From: Eledone cirrhosa
Taxonomy: Eukaryota
Direction of reading: 5' to 3'
Length of the DNA stretch: 64,000 nt
Assembly (NCBI GenBank): GCA_964016885.1
Contig: OZ024758.1
Coordinates: 9,982,001 to 10,046,000 of the forward strand
The notes under the pieces are model-generated. The model was not told where the DNA came from. It searched no databases and saw only the letters and a program-made list of their open reading frames with translations. The number at the start of each line of letters is the position of its first letter. The first letter of the stretch is position 1. Made by a program: the position numbers and the translations under genes. This document shows, piece by piece, positions 39,726 to 53,038 of this stretch.

Positions 39726-40529
39726 ATATATGTTCTAAGTCTAACGTTTTCTTTGTAATTAAAATATATTTACTATAGTTATACTTTATCAGACCAGCAT
39801 GAAGTATCGGTATTTCATATTAAATGTTTATCTAATAAATCCAACAGTGTTAGTGGTATTCTATCAGTTATTTCTTTCCTGTCACACAGCTAACACAGTT
39901 TTTCTAATCATCTTAATGCAGGCCAAAGTGTATGCTGAAGGTTGTACCCCACATCAGACGCTAATAAATCTATTAAGCTATATATAGCTATGTGTCTTTC
40001 TCACAAACTGCCAGAATAACTTTCCTACATAACTTTCGAAGCAATAGAAACAAATTTATTTTCAATAATTCAATCATTAGGCGAGCGTTCTCTACAGTGT
40101 TATTGGGAAACACTGTAAACCAATAATGTGTGATTCAAGAACCTTCACCGTAAAGGCATGACTGAGTGATTAAGAATTTTGCTTTGCAATCGCGTTCTGT
40201 GTGCATATATATATATATGTGTGTGTGTGTATGTGTTATACTCACACACACACACATACACACACACATATATATATTTTTTTTTTTTTTTTTTTTTTTG
40301 TGTGTGTTTGCATCATTTCTCCCTTTAGTTATGAATATATTTACAAGGAGAACCCCTAAGGATTATTTGCTACTTCGCTTTGCAAAAGAAAATTCCTTTG
40401 TTCTTAAAATATGAAGAGTACTCTCTAGCAATTCCTCTCTTCGTTCTTAAAGATAAACAATAATTTTCAGAAGAAAAATGCATGTCAAACAGTGTGGTTA
40501 ATCCGTATGGGGGGCAAATGGGGTCCCAC

Positions 40530-41075
40530 GTGCTGGCCTCCCCACAGCCCCGGCGGACAGGATGGAGAAGGCGTTTCCCAGGAGGATGGTAAGGGAGATG
40601 CACTGGAAGAGCCATTCCAACTCGCGAGGCTCACACCTGTGACTGGCCAGCTCAGCGCCTATGGTGGTGAATAGGGAGGTAGCCCTGGGGCCAAGGACAC
40701 CAGACGTCTCCACACTGCCAGGGGTACGCCCGCAAACCTGTCCGAGAGCGACCGGTACTTGGAGAGTTTGGCCTCCTCAGCCCAACCCGGGTTAATCGCA
40801 GATAACACCAGGTTGCGGCTGGAGAAAGTTTCGCTGCAAGTGGCATCGCAGACGGGAGGGTTTGGCACCGCCGAATGGTCCAACCCCACCGGCTCGAGCT
40901 GGGAGGTGAAGCCTGCCGCGTCCAAGCCATGCTTTATGACCTCGTTGAGGGCAGCATGCATGGAAGGCGGCAGGCACTGTGGCGACAGGAAACCCGGTGG
41001 AGGCCGAAAGATTCCACGATGGATCCACGGCGACATTTATGTGGCTCGCAGATCCGGAGTCCAAGCCTCAAGGAA
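40530..41075 (-). pseudogene. CRE-clade non-LTR retrotransposon fragment (zinc knuckle plus restriction-like endonuclease)
   Basis: LRLGLRICEPHKCRRGSIVESFGLHRVSCRHSA..(fs)HAALNEVIKHGLDAAGFTSQLEPVGLD..DATCSET..AEEAKLSKYRSL..VETSGVLGP..WLFQCISLTILLGNA. Frameshifted. Confidence 0.85.
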
Positions 41076-41114
41076 CAGTCCATTTTGCATTATTTAGTCT
41101 TCTATTTAGTCTTT

Positions 41115-41269
41115 AGGCTAAAAGAGATAGAAGACTAAATAATTGTTTCTACGTTAGGCACAAGGCCAGCAATTACCCAGTGCAATAAAGTACCAGTAAT
41201 GCACTGGGTAATTGCTGGCCTTGTGCCTAACGTAGAAACAATTATTTAGTGTTCTATCTCTTTTAGCCT
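41115..41269. mobile_element. Fold-back of SINE A tail plus ~25 bp of flanking DNA
   Basis: ~70-bp near-perfect inverted arms. Confidence 0.85.
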
Positions 41270-41286
41270 TCTATCTCTTTCAACGC

Positions 41287-41344
<58 letters not shown>

Positions 41345-41348
41345 CATA

Positions 41349-41503
41349 CAGGTAAAGTTACGTTATAATGAATACCATTATAACGAATCTTTCAGTATAA
41401 CGAAATTTTTTCAATTCCCGGCCACACTCTCGAAGTGTTAGGTCGATTTTCTTATAAAGAATTTTTCGTTACAACGAATTTCGTTATAACGGAATTTCAT
41501 TGT
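41349..41503. mobile_element. pogo/Tigger-like MITE
   Basis: TA-CAGGTAAAGTTACGTTATAATG ... CGTTATAACGGAATTTCATTG, with internal TATAACGAA subrepeats. Confidence 0.6.
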
Positions 41504-41515
41504 TATACATACACA

Positions 41516-41560
<45 letters not shown>

Positions 41561-42229
41561 TTATATATATATATAAAGAAATATTGATATTCCGTCTAAT
41601 ATCATACACGTAATACCTTGTGACATCCTTGACGTTGAGTGCTTTCGCCTGATTACAACATTATTGGTTAATTGATTGGATCAGTCAACACTGATTATCA
41701 TGATAATAAGATTAAACCTATTACTGATTGGTAGACCTAATAAGTAACCTAGTATAATGCCGCCATTTTGTCATTAGCTGCCTTTAATAGAATCTACTAT
41801 ATTTGCATGTACTCGAATCAAGACTCTGATCTGAAAATAAGTCGATATATCGATGCGCTAATTTTGATTACAGCCAATGATGAGCCAATGATGGGACCGA
41901 TCTGGTATTGCTTTACCTGCTAAAAATATTATAATAGCTAAATCTCTTATATATTACACCCTCCCGTCTAGAAAGAAGAGGATTACATTGGATGATGTAG
42001 TTCGAGAAACGCCCTGGCAAAGAGACGGACGAGTTGGTCATGGCTGGAAATATTTGAACATAATTCTATTCTATCAGTCCTGACATGGGGATAAACAACG
42101 TGTAAGTTTCTTTCTCCCTTCTTCGCCACCCCCTGTAGAAGGTTATAGCTGCTGTCATTGTTTCCTTGTGCACAGTATAAGTATGTTTAAACGATTAGAC
42201 GGACGCGTGGATGGATGGATGGATAGATA

Positions 42230-42490
42230 GACAGGCCCGTAGCACCTGACGGAGTCATAGGGAGCACTGCTTGGACATTTTAAACCTGGGGGAAGCCCAT
42301 CCCTCACGAGTTCTGAACTCAGCTGATTTCTTCCAGAGAAGGAGAGCGAATGATTGAAAGGAATTGAGTAAAAGATATAAAGGAAGAATCGATCCCAGTA
42401 CTGGGTTTGAAATTTTTTATCGCCCTCGAAAGGAAGAAAGGCAAAGTTCACCTCAGTAGGATTTGAACTCAGAAAGCAAAGAGCTGAACA
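42230..42490 (-). mobile_element. SINE family B
   Basis: Reverse-complement match to 28254-28590. Confidence 0.75.
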
Positions 42491-43227
42491 ATAACAGAAA
42501 CGCCCAAGTTATATATTTTATATAACATTATAAAACAAGAATAGAAATCGCGAGGAAGTAGGTTGACTGAGCTGGCATACTTACTCACTCTTAACTATCG
42601 ATGGCAAAAACATTTTTCTAGGATTAACAATTTCGAAAAGAACTAATAAGTATAAATTCTATAGTGTAATATTAACGACATTGAAGGAAAATTAGGCGTG
42701 ACTTTTATTGAAAATGTTATTGTTTTAAAACAAGTTTTAGTCTACTTTTAGCGTGTTTTGTGTGTGAGTATGACCTCGTCTCTGACGTCAGTAAATGGTT
42801 TAATTTCGGTTACCATTAACCTTGATATAAATACATTCAGGCACGAACAATTGATCCAGCTGAACTGTTTTTCACAATACCTATTTATCATATACATCCA
42901 GGGTGCTTTATATAAACTAGTAGGACTTCCGCTGTTTGTTTGTTTGTGCGTTTGTTTTGTTGTTATTCTTGCTTGTTTTTTCTTGTTTGTTTTTTAACTG
43001 TATTTCTTCATTCTTACGTGTCCATTACGAAACGTTGCTGATACATTGATCGTTGAACCTTTATTGATTTCTGGATCTGTTCTTACCACTTAACTATTGC
43101 CTCGGGAGACAACCGTGTTGTATTTAAGCTTAAGTACTTTAGCCTTTGACTAAAGCACACTGGGTAATTGCTGGCCTTGTGCCTAAAGTAGAAACAATTA
43201 TTTACTTTATACATAAGCCTTTCACCA

Positions 43228-43697
43228 AAGTACTTCATGACATATGTGTTATATCTAAGCCTTAAACTAAAGTACTTTATCACTTATACGTTATATCTAA
43301 GCCTTAAACTAAAGTACTTTATCACTTATACGTTATATCTAAGCCTTAAACTAAAGTACTTTATCACTTATACGTTATATCTAAGCCTTAAACTAAAGTA
43401 CTTTATCACTTATACGTTATATCTAAGCCTTAAACTAAAGTACTTTATCACTTATACGTTATATCTAAGCCTTAAACTAAAGTACTTTATCACTTATACG
43501 TTATATCTAAGCCTTAAACTAAAGTACTTTATCACTTATACGTTATATCTAAGCCTTAAACTAAAGTACTTTATCACTTATACGTTATATCTAAGCCTTA
43601 AACTAAAGTACTTTACAACTTATACTTTGTATTTAAGCATTAGGTTAAAGTACTTCATAATTTATACTTTATACTTAAGCATTAGGCTAAAGTACAT
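43228..43697. repeat. 42-bp minisatellite (TTATATCTAAGCCTTAAACTAAAGTACTTTATCACTTATACG), about 11 copies
   Basis: About 8-9 identical central units with diverged edges. Explains the 14-aa repeat ORF. Confidence 0.95.
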
Positions 43698-44233
43698 GAA
43701 ATATAAGATTTAAGGGATTGTCTTCATGTATATGTACTACACCAGCTCCACCTATATTTTTAGATGAACTGTTGCTGTTGCTGAAGTTGTTGTTTAACCA
43801 CACGATTGGATTAACGATCACAATTCTTCTAGCCATGACCATCCTACTTTTTTTTTCAAACTCTGTATCTACGACTACATTATTATGCGTCCTTCTTTGT
43901 TTTGCTTTGCGATGTTTTGATTTAAAGACAGTAGGAGTGTTATGTGGTTGCTATTTCTAACAGGTCAAATGGCCACAGGAATGTGGTGGTGCTGGTAGTG
44001 TGGTTTGTTTATAATGTAGTTTGTTTATTATCCAGCTACTTTCATTATCTGAGATGTCCACCATCACATATGCAGGCTAAACGTTTATTTCATAAGGTGA
44101 TATGAGCCCCGAAGACAATGTCATTTTCTTTCAACTTTACTAGGTTACGCTGCCGGTAAATAGTAGAATGTTATATAGTCAAAGTGTTTTTATGAAATCT
44201 GTTATGCATTGTCGGTATGTTAAAATATTTGTT

Positions 44234-44326
<93 letters not shown>

Positions 44327-44797
44327 TCCCTCCCTCACTCTCTCTCTCTCTCACTGTGTTTTTCTCTCAACAACAACGACTTTTCCCTCCTCTTCTATTC
44401 CCCTCCTACATATATGTTGTGACAGACAGACAGAGAAACAGTAAATGTGCTATATACTTTATGTCAGTCTTTCTTCACATATATCCCGGTACTCACAGTT
44501 GCTTAACACCGATGAAACCGGGATAAGGACTGATCTGATGAGACTCATGGTTTGAGACTTTAAATTTTAACTTTATAACCTCGTACTGATTATAATCATC
44601 TTCATTTTGTTAATTTATTTATTTATTCTTCCTTATTTCTACCTATTCTTCTTCTTATTGTTATTACTATTATCGGTGAATTGGCAGTATTGGTAGAGGG
44701 TCAGACATGCTTTCCAGCGTAGTTACGTCCCTTTACGATCTGAGTTCAAATCCCGCCGAGGTTAACTTTGCCTTTGTTCAACTATATAACGACACAC

Positions 44798-44844
<47 letters not shown>

Positions 44845-44954
44845 AATATATATATATATATATGTATATATGTATATATATATATAGAGAGAGAGATAGA
44901 TATAGATATATATGTGTATGTATATATGTGTATGTATGTATGTGTATGTGTGTG

Positions 44955-45021
<67 letters not shown>

Positions 45022-45027
<6 letters not shown>

Positions 45028-45149
45028 CCACTGTGGAAACATTTGTAAGCACACAGAATAAATTACCTTTTTATGATGTCTACCTGTTATTATTCATTCT
45101 TTATATATATATATAAAGTGTGCTTACAAATGTTTCCACGGTGGTTATA
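45022..45149. mobile_element. Tail-to-tail inverted 32-bp arms around a (TA)n tract, with an HHR-like 3' half (GAAACATTTGTA-AGC)
   Basis: TATAACCACTGTGGAAACATTTGTAAGCACAC ... GTGTGCTTACAAATGTTTCCACGGTGGTTATA. Confidence 0.55.
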
Positions 45150-45709
45150 CAGCCTAGTTATGCTATGTGCAAATTTATAACTATTTGCAAAACTCGATTA
45201 TCAAATGCTGTAACCGCTGTATCATCAGAGCAGAATGGTTAAAATGTATAATGTAAATACATATATATATTACTGTCCAGTTATTTCCAGTTATTATTAT
45301 ACATCAGTGTCTATTCATTGTTCTGCATTTGCTTTATTGTGTGTGCTATGACTGTGATTAGTAGTTACATTCGCAAAGACCTTTTCATCCACAATATCGC
45401 CGCATTGAAATACTGAATAAGTTCCAGAATAATAACACAAATTGCAGCAACATCGCTCATTGGCTGCTACACACGACAATTCATTAACAGATCGTTAAAC
45501 ACAATCCACGACGTGAGAAAATATATTGTTATGTTCTAGCAATGTTTCTTCAATTCCTTATTATTATCCCAGCCTTGTTTTTCAGTGTAAATTATTACAG
45601 ATATTGAACAAAAACAAGCTTACTACAGTGTGCAGAAAAGCAATTAAATATGCCTGTTGCATCTATGAGTAAACTTACTTAATTTTCTCACATGTACATG
45701 CTTATAGTG

Positions 45710-45773
<64 letters not shown>

Positions 45774-46733
45774 ATCAAAAGATGGTTAAAAGAGTTCCAA
45801 GTATTTTATTATGCGCAATTAAATTAAAGTACCAGTAATGCACTGGGTAATTGCTGGCCTTGTGCCTAAAGTAGAATCAATTATTTTCAACACTTCTTAT
45901 TAATAACTAAATTGTTTCTTTCCAGTGAATGCATTTGGTCATTCCATGAGAGTATCTTGATCAGCCTATGAACATTTCAACCGACTCCCGTACATACTTG
46001 ATTACCTCAATGGCCTACCATCTCAAACTCATATGTAAGAATAACCAAGTAAAAATATCCTGGCTGAACTGATTTAGTAATAGACAACAATTATAATTAC
46101 TTAACTTTATATAAAAATTAAACTTATTCAAGAGATAATCGATATTTTCGAACGTTTCTTTTAAGCGAAGCAAAATATCACTTAAGGATCATTGAAAATA
46201 ACTAAATATTCAATATTCAATATTCTTTATTTTTATTTTTACGCAGTTATTATTTTTTCTCAATACTGTTTTCTTGGTATATTGATTTGTTTTATCATTA
46301 TACTGAAGGATATTTTTTAAAAACTATTAGGTAAACTAAGAAAAACCGCCCATAGGTTTGTGAAATAGCGAATGTTTTTCGAGTTGAGCTCTGCAGGATC
46401 GCAACAAATAAAAAATACACACACAACTCACGAAGTCAAGCAATAAAGATTCTGCCTGCAAATAGTTCTTCCTACACTCTATCTCTTAATAAACTATGGT
46501 GCTTGACACAGTGTGTGATATGGCTAGCCCTTTGAATTATAAAAACAGTCCATCCGACGAACGCCCATCAATTCCCATCTACCCAATTTCATTTACAAGG
46601 CATAGGTCGAAACTTATCACATACTCTGCGCAGTGGGTTTGATCTCGGGACCAAATGATTGTGAAGCGAACTTCTTAACCATTTGGCAATGCTGCGCATG
46701 ATTGGCAGGCAGCAAAACATTCAAAATGTCATT

Positions 46734-47060
46734 ACTACATTAAGGAACTACATTAGGGAACTGCATCAGGGAATTATATTAGGGAACTACATTAGGGAAC
46801 TACATCAGGGAACTATATTAGCGAACTACATTGGGGAACTACATTAGGGAACTACATTAGGGAACTACGTTAGGGAACTACATTAGGGAACTACATTAGG
46901 GTACTACATTGGGGAACTACATTAGGGAACTACATTAGGGAACTACGTTATGGAACTACATTAGGGAACTACATTAGGGAACTACGTTATGGAACTACAT
47001 TAGGGAACTACATTAGGGAACTACGTTATGGAACTACATTAGGGAACTACATTAGGGAAT
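46734..47060 (+). repeat. 13-bp minisatellite (AACTACATTAGGG), about 25 copies, containing TTAGGG
   Basis: Read directly. A 39-bp higher-order unit appears in the last third. Confidence 0.95.
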
Positions 47061-47153
47061 TGTAGCTTAATCAGTGTTTTTAATAATGTAATTGGTAGAA
47101 TTGAGTTTGGGGGAAAATTTCATTCGTGTATTGATTTTAAATGGAATATTCCA

Positions 47154-47375
47154 TACTAATAGATCTATCTATATATGTCACACATTAGCATACTAACAGA
47201 TCTATCTATATATGTCACACATTAGCATACTAACAGATCTATCTATATATGTCACACATTAGCATACTAACAGATCTATCTATATATGTCACACATTAGC
47301 ATACTAACAGATCTATCTATATATGTCACACATTAGCATACTAATAGATATATCTATGTATGTCACACATTAACA
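47154..47375. repeat. 37-bp minisatellite (TACTAACAGATCTATCTATATATGTCACACATTAGCA), 6 copies
   Basis: Read directly. Confidence 0.95.
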
Positions 47376-49344
47376 TTGAATTCAATCACATCGTTTTCTA
47401 TTTCTGGATATTTCCAAATTGATTTATTAAAAAAAGAAATTGAAAAAAGATGCCGCCATGAAGCTTTTCAAAGATCTCGTCAAATATGGCGTAAAATTCT
47501 TCCACTTTAAACTGATCCTCGATCGACAAATAAGTATATACATCGATTTTTTTTTTTTTTTTTTATATTTTCATTAAAAAAAATTGCTTTCATCTTCTGT
47601 CTCTTGTTGAAAGATTTATTTGGATTTCCTATATTTTCTCAAAAATTTCTGGTTTTTCTAAGAAAAAACTATCGTAGTTTCATAAGCGTATAGAATTTAA
47701 CTCATCTAATAAGGATTTCCTATTTTCCAATTCTATATTGTAGCATTATTCCTGCTTTGACGAACAATGTCATGATAGAGAACTGGTGTTCATATTTCGA
47801 TCCAGATTTGTGCCTTGATAATGAACTTAGAATATAAACTATATATCTTTATATAATATATATTTTAATACTTTCCAATGGTAACCAAAGTGTCACGAAT
47901 CCGCATGAGTTTCTGCCTTGACTTTCGGTAACGCATGAACTATGTTGATCAAACTGAGTAAAACCGGTGATGTCTCTCTTAGTATTCAATATTAGCTAAT
48001 GCAAGGTTTTTGGTTCAATAATACATTATATCGTAATCATTTCTAACATTGGCAGAAAGCTACAAATTTAGAACGAATGAGTATAATCGATCTTATCGAT
48101 CCCCGCTACGACCACCACCACTGCTGCCACTACTACCACCATCACCACTACACTACCACCCCCACTACAAGTCACTGCCATAATTACCACCATCTCCACT
48201 ATCTTCATCGTCAACGCCATCAGCACCATAGTCGTCACTATTAACTCCATCATCACCAATTACTATCACCATCACATTACTTGAATGCTACTTAACGTTA
48301 GCAACCCCGTCGGGATGAAAGGCAAAAGTTGTCTCCGCCGAGAATTGAACTTGGAAAGGAAATAGACGTAACAAAATACTTCAGAACATACTTTAGTCTG
48401 TTTGGCTCTTTAGTGATTGTGAATTCACCGACCTAATATTGGTGCTAATAATTGATTTCTGTTTTATGTATCTATGGTAGGGAATTTCGTGACAACTTTC
48501 AAAGAAACACTTAACAACTATGCTCTAAGCTATTTACTTCTCGGTTAGAAATGTGTGTTTCTATTGATCTCATACTTTATAAAAAGGAAATGAGGAATGT
48601 TCCATCTGTCGAAACCATTCTCAAGAGAAGTGAAATAGAAAATTGCGTAGAAATATTCGGTATAAACACAAAAATTATTTTGAAAAAAAAACAAAACATG
48701 AAACAACTGAGACAAAAACAATAAAAATTCTGAAGTTAGATTTTAAAAAAATATACTTTGTGATTTTGATGGGTTTTAAGGGTTTTTGCGTATCGATTGC
48801 TCAGTTCATTATTGATAACACCGTAATTGTTGTTGATCTTTTCCACCGCTTTCAATTCTTACCGTTCAAGTATCGCCGGCAGATTAAAATCCCAGTGACC
48901 GGTGAACGGTACATATTTACCGTTAGTTGAGCTAATCCAGAGAAAGTAAAATCTCTTGACCAGTGATTGACACAGTACAATTTAGGTGACACTGTAGTAA
49001 CTACAAACCTCACAGAAGGGTGCCTGACATCTTCTCAACTACTCTCGAGCCCCAAATAATAAGGGAGGGGAGGAATAAGTGGAGGATTGGAATAAGCTGG
49101 GGAGTTGGAATAAATTGTGTGATTGAAATAAGCGGCGGGATTGGAAAATCTAGTTTTCTAGGCTGTCTCCGTTTAATTTACTTATTGAGACTCCAACCCA
49201 TCCTATTTATTTTATAACGTATGGGATTTCTAGTAATGTACTTTTTTGTCAAATGTTTTAATGTATAAAGAAAATTAATTGTTGCAGGAATGCTACCACT
49301 TAAAATAAAATTTCGAAGGCAAATTTTAGTAATTTAGTAACTTT

Positions 49345-49531
49345 AATAATTGTTTCTACTTTAGGCACAAGGCCAGCAATTACTCAGTACATTACTGGTA
49401 CTTTATTTTATCGACCCCGTAAGGATGAAAGGCAAAGTTAACCTCAGCGGGATTTGAACTCAGACTGTAAAGGGACGTAACTATGCTGGAAAGCATGGCG
49501 TCCAACCCTCTACCGACCCAGCCAATTCACC
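49345..49531 (-). mobile_element. SINE family A
   Basis: Consensus match. Confidence 0.9.
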
Positions 49532-49627
49532 TTAGTAATAATGTAAAATTGTATTCGTTGAATAATCAACGAGCCATATAAACTTTGGTCATATATATAT
49601 ATATATACATATATGTATATATATATG

Positions 49628-49666
<39 letters not shown>

Positions 49667-49848
49667 ATATAGTGTGTGTGGAGGTATGAATATTATTGTA
49701 TGTGTGGATCTACATGTTTTGAGTTATATGTGTACACGTGCATGTTTCTGAGTTTATACATGTTTATATGCAGTTACTACATGCATGTATGTATCTATGT
49801 GTATATGCATGTACATATGCATCCATGTATGCCTGTATATATGCATGC

Positions 49849-49888
<40 letters not shown>

Positions 49889-49890
49889 GC

Positions 49891-49921
<31 letters not shown>

Positions 49922-49946
49922 TGTATGTATGTATGTATGTATGTAT

Positions 49947-50538
49947 GAGATGACCCCTTAGCCTTTGTCAAGGCAGAATTCTAGGAGAAGGAAAACTCTG
50001 ATATAACACCTGCAACCCTGATGGTATCCAATGATGTTGACTTGTTCTTCTTTTTGGTAAATATCATCTTGGTTAAGAGAGTGGGACTGGCTTTGTGCAG
50101 TGCCTTTGCTCACTATAAAAGCTTCACGGCACAGGCATTGCTTTATATCTGGAGATCTCTCTGCACTTGTCGTCACATGGTACCATGGGCCCAGCACTAT
50201 GTGTCAATAATTGTCACAAGTGTAGTATTTGTACCAGAGTTTTCAAGTCGCTGGCTGGACTAAAAAGTCACACTGGTTCAGCGCTTCGGTAGGAGTTCTC
50301 CTACATGGATATAAAGTAGTGGCCGTACTCGAAAACGAGTTGGCAGCCACCATGTATGTATGTATGTACCATAGGCCCAGCACTATGTGTCAATAATTGT
50401 CACAAGTGTAGTGTTTGTACCAGAGTTTTCAAGTCGCTGGCTGGACTCAAAAGTCACACTCGTTCAGCGCTTCGGTAGGAGTTCTCCTACATGGATATAA
50501 AGTAGTGGCCGTACTCGAAAACGAGTTGGCAGCCACCA
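49947..50538 (+). mobile_element. Family E: 5'-truncated copy (49947-50352) plus a second, shorter 3' copy (50366-50538), in (TATG)n
   Basis: Near-identical to 22958-23363. Confidence 0.85.
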
Positions 50539-51071
50539 TATATGCATGCATATATGTATATATGTAAATGCATATGCATGTATGTATCTATGTATGCATG
50601 TAGGTATATACGTGCGTGCATACGTGAGTATGTATCAATATGAATCGGCTCTTTTTGAGCGAAAATACGTCTTTGGTTCATACAAACATGAACAGTTTAC
50701 TGCTATTCACAAGTAAACCTGCACTATAGATATTATCAATTGTACACACGCATGCTTGTCACACGAGGATTCTCACTTATGTCTATAGAGATGTGGTCGT
50801 AGTAATAGAAGTATTGTAGCAGCCATTGTCGTACGTTTCTTAGATATTATGATATGGCAGTGGCTATACAAGTGTGTTTGTAAGTACAGTCCACAGATGA
50901 TGGATGTCGCCGTGTACTCGTAACCGTGTACTCGTATGTTTTGTCTCTGTTTTGTTTTTCTTGTTTTAATGGTATAGTGATAGTTGTGCTGGTGCATATG
51001 CAATAGCTATTGTGGTTGTTGTTGTTGTTCTCTAGCTCAAGGTCGGCCCTGGTTCAGCAGAACAATAACTA

Positions 51072-51269
51072 CGAAGGTGGGCTGAAAACTTCATAGGCCG
51101 GCTATGCAGGTGTGATGCTAGAGCTGTGAAATCTGGCATGCATTGATTTCAACTTTTCTTATTAATAAGTGCATTATTTCTTTCCAGGGATTCAGTTGAA
51201 AAACAAACCTCTTTTGGTCATTCCATGAAAGTATCTTGGGCAGCCTATGAACTTTTCAGTCGAGCCTCG
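51072..51269 (+). mobile_element. Mariner-type MITE (family D), complete
   Basis: TA TSD. ~30-bp TIRs CGAAGGTGGGCTGAAAACTTCATAGGC / GCCTATGAACTTTTCAGTCGAGCCTCG. Confidence 0.85.
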
Positions 51270-51275
51270 TATTTA

Positions 51276-51305
51276 TCTAATCTAATATATATAAAACTGA
51301 GGATG

Positions 51306-51377
<72 letters not shown>

Positions 51378-51670
51378 TTTCAAACCCTAAAACTCGAGAA
51401 GTACCCAACTGATTGTTTTCAAACTTGACATGTTTATTACTTATGTTTCAAGGAGTGTTATGCACATAAAATTCAATTTTTTGATCGCCTAGGGGCCCGC
51501 ATTAGGTGAAAAACTGTGAGGTTTTTTCAGCTTTTTAGGGTTTTTTGAGGCGTTACGTCAGACCGATTTCCTTGAAATTGTAACTATGTATTAGTCAGTC
51601 TCTTCTTCATACCGTGAGCAAATATGGCCTAGGACCCGCATTAGGTGAAAAACTTCATTTTTTCAGCTTT
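51276..51670 (+). mobile_element. 5' part of a non-autonomous Helitron-like element
   Basis: A|TCTAATCTAATATATATAAAACTG..TGTCC(GT)n start, typical of animal non-autonomous Helitrons. Carries two copies of the CCTAGG.CCCGCATTAGGTGAAAA subrepeat also seen at 1-24. Confidence 0.6.
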
Positions 51671-52123
51671 TTGCTTTTTGGAGTGTAGTTGGAGTGGTAG
51701 TTGTGTGGCTAAGATTGTTGTGGCGTTGTGGTAGTGGTTTGGTTTGGATTGTTGTAGTGTAGTTGGAGTGGTAGTTGTGGTGTAGTGGTAGCTCTTTTGT
51801 TGGGATCGTGATGGTGTAGTGGTAGTGGTAGATATTTGGTTGGGATGGTGGTGTAGTAGCGGTAGTGGTAGTTTTTTTATTGGGATTGTGGTGGTGTTGT
51901 GGCCGTGGTAGTTATTTCGGTTTGCATTGTGGTGGTATAGTGGTAGTTTTATAGTTGGGATGTTGTTACTGTTGTTGTTGTTGTTGTAGAGGTAGTTTTT
52001 TTATTGTAATGGCAGTGGTGTAGTAGTAGTGGTAGTTATATAGTTGGGATGGCGGTAGTATAGAGGTAGTGGTACTCATATAATTGGGATTGTGGTGGTC
52101 TAGATACAGTAACATTTGTAGTA

Positions 52124-52376
52124 GTGGTGTGGCGTAGTAGTGGTATAGTAGTAGTGTGGTATAGTAATGGTGTAGTAGTGGTGTGGTATAGTAATGGTGT
52201 AGTAGTGGTGTGGTATAGTAATGGTGTAGTAGTAGTGTGGTATAGTAATGGTGTAGTAGTGGTGTGGTATAGTAATGGTGTAGTAGTAGTGTGGTATAGT
52301 AATGGTGTAGTAGTGGTGTGGTATAGTAATGGTGTAGTAGTAGTGTGGTATAGTAATGGTGTAGTAGTGGTGTGGT
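52124..52376. repeat. 27-bp minisatellite (GTAGTAGTGGTGTGGTATAGTAATGGT), about 9 copies, in a GT-rich low-complexity tract 51680-52420
   Basis: Read directly. Confidence 0.92.
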
Positions 52377-52626
52377 TGTGTGTGTAAGGTGTAAAGATGT
52401 AGTTGCTATGAAGTGGTAGACGTTGATATTTACATAACGGTTGTTAGTATCACGTGAGTAGTTGTAGAGAGATGTATTAGTGTGTTGCTGGTGGCCATAA
52501 TGATATGTAGTTGGAAACAGCTATTGCGTAATGGTGGCAGTTAGAGTGACACACTGCTGCTTCTATTGCTGTGATGGGATTACACTGGTGTCGTCTGCAA
52601 CTAGAGTGTACTTGACGTATCTGCAA

Positions 52627-52690
<64 letters not shown>

Positions 52691-52746
52691 CAATTGTTTG
52701 TATTTATAATCATTTTCTGCGTTCGAAATTTTCTATAATTTCCAAG

Positions 52747-52800
<54 letters not shown>

Positions 52801-52802
<2 letters not shown>

Positions 52803-52958
52803 CGAAGGAAATGTGGTAAGGAACCAGATGGACCATAATGCACCAAAGTACTCAATACTTAGGGTAGTAGAGTGGGTAATAGGAACAAGTAGGACCCCGA
52901 CGAATTAGCCGTCGAAACGGCTTCAGCTCAGCCGTCGGGGTCCTACTTGTTCCTATTA
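52801..52958. mobile_element. P1 fold-back module with central deletion, in (TA)n
   Basis: Nearly identical to 19565-19760 but lacks most of the left inner arm. Confidence 0.8.
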
Positions 52959-52987
52959 TATATATATATATTTGTTCAATATAGAAA

Positions 52988-53038
52988 AGCTTCTACAGGA
53001 CTAGAACTGTTTCATTCGGGAGAAATCATCAGGAAGCT
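52988..53038 (-). ncRNA. Type I hammerhead ribozyme motif (family P2)
   Basis: Minus strand: AGCTTC-CTGATGA-tTTC tccc GAAt-GAAA-CAG ttctagtc CTG-TA-GAAGCT. 6-bp stem I, 4-bp stem III, GUA cleavage triplet; 10.1-11.1 is U.U. Confidence 0.8.

Noticed and set aside
43237-43713. 158-aa repeat ORF, or a CRISPR-like array
   Set aside because: It is a head-to-tail 42-bp minisatellite with no unique spacers and no cas genes, in a eukaryotic context.
46734-47060. Interstitial telomere
   Set aside because: TTAGGG is embedded in a 13-bp unit rather than in tandem hexamers.
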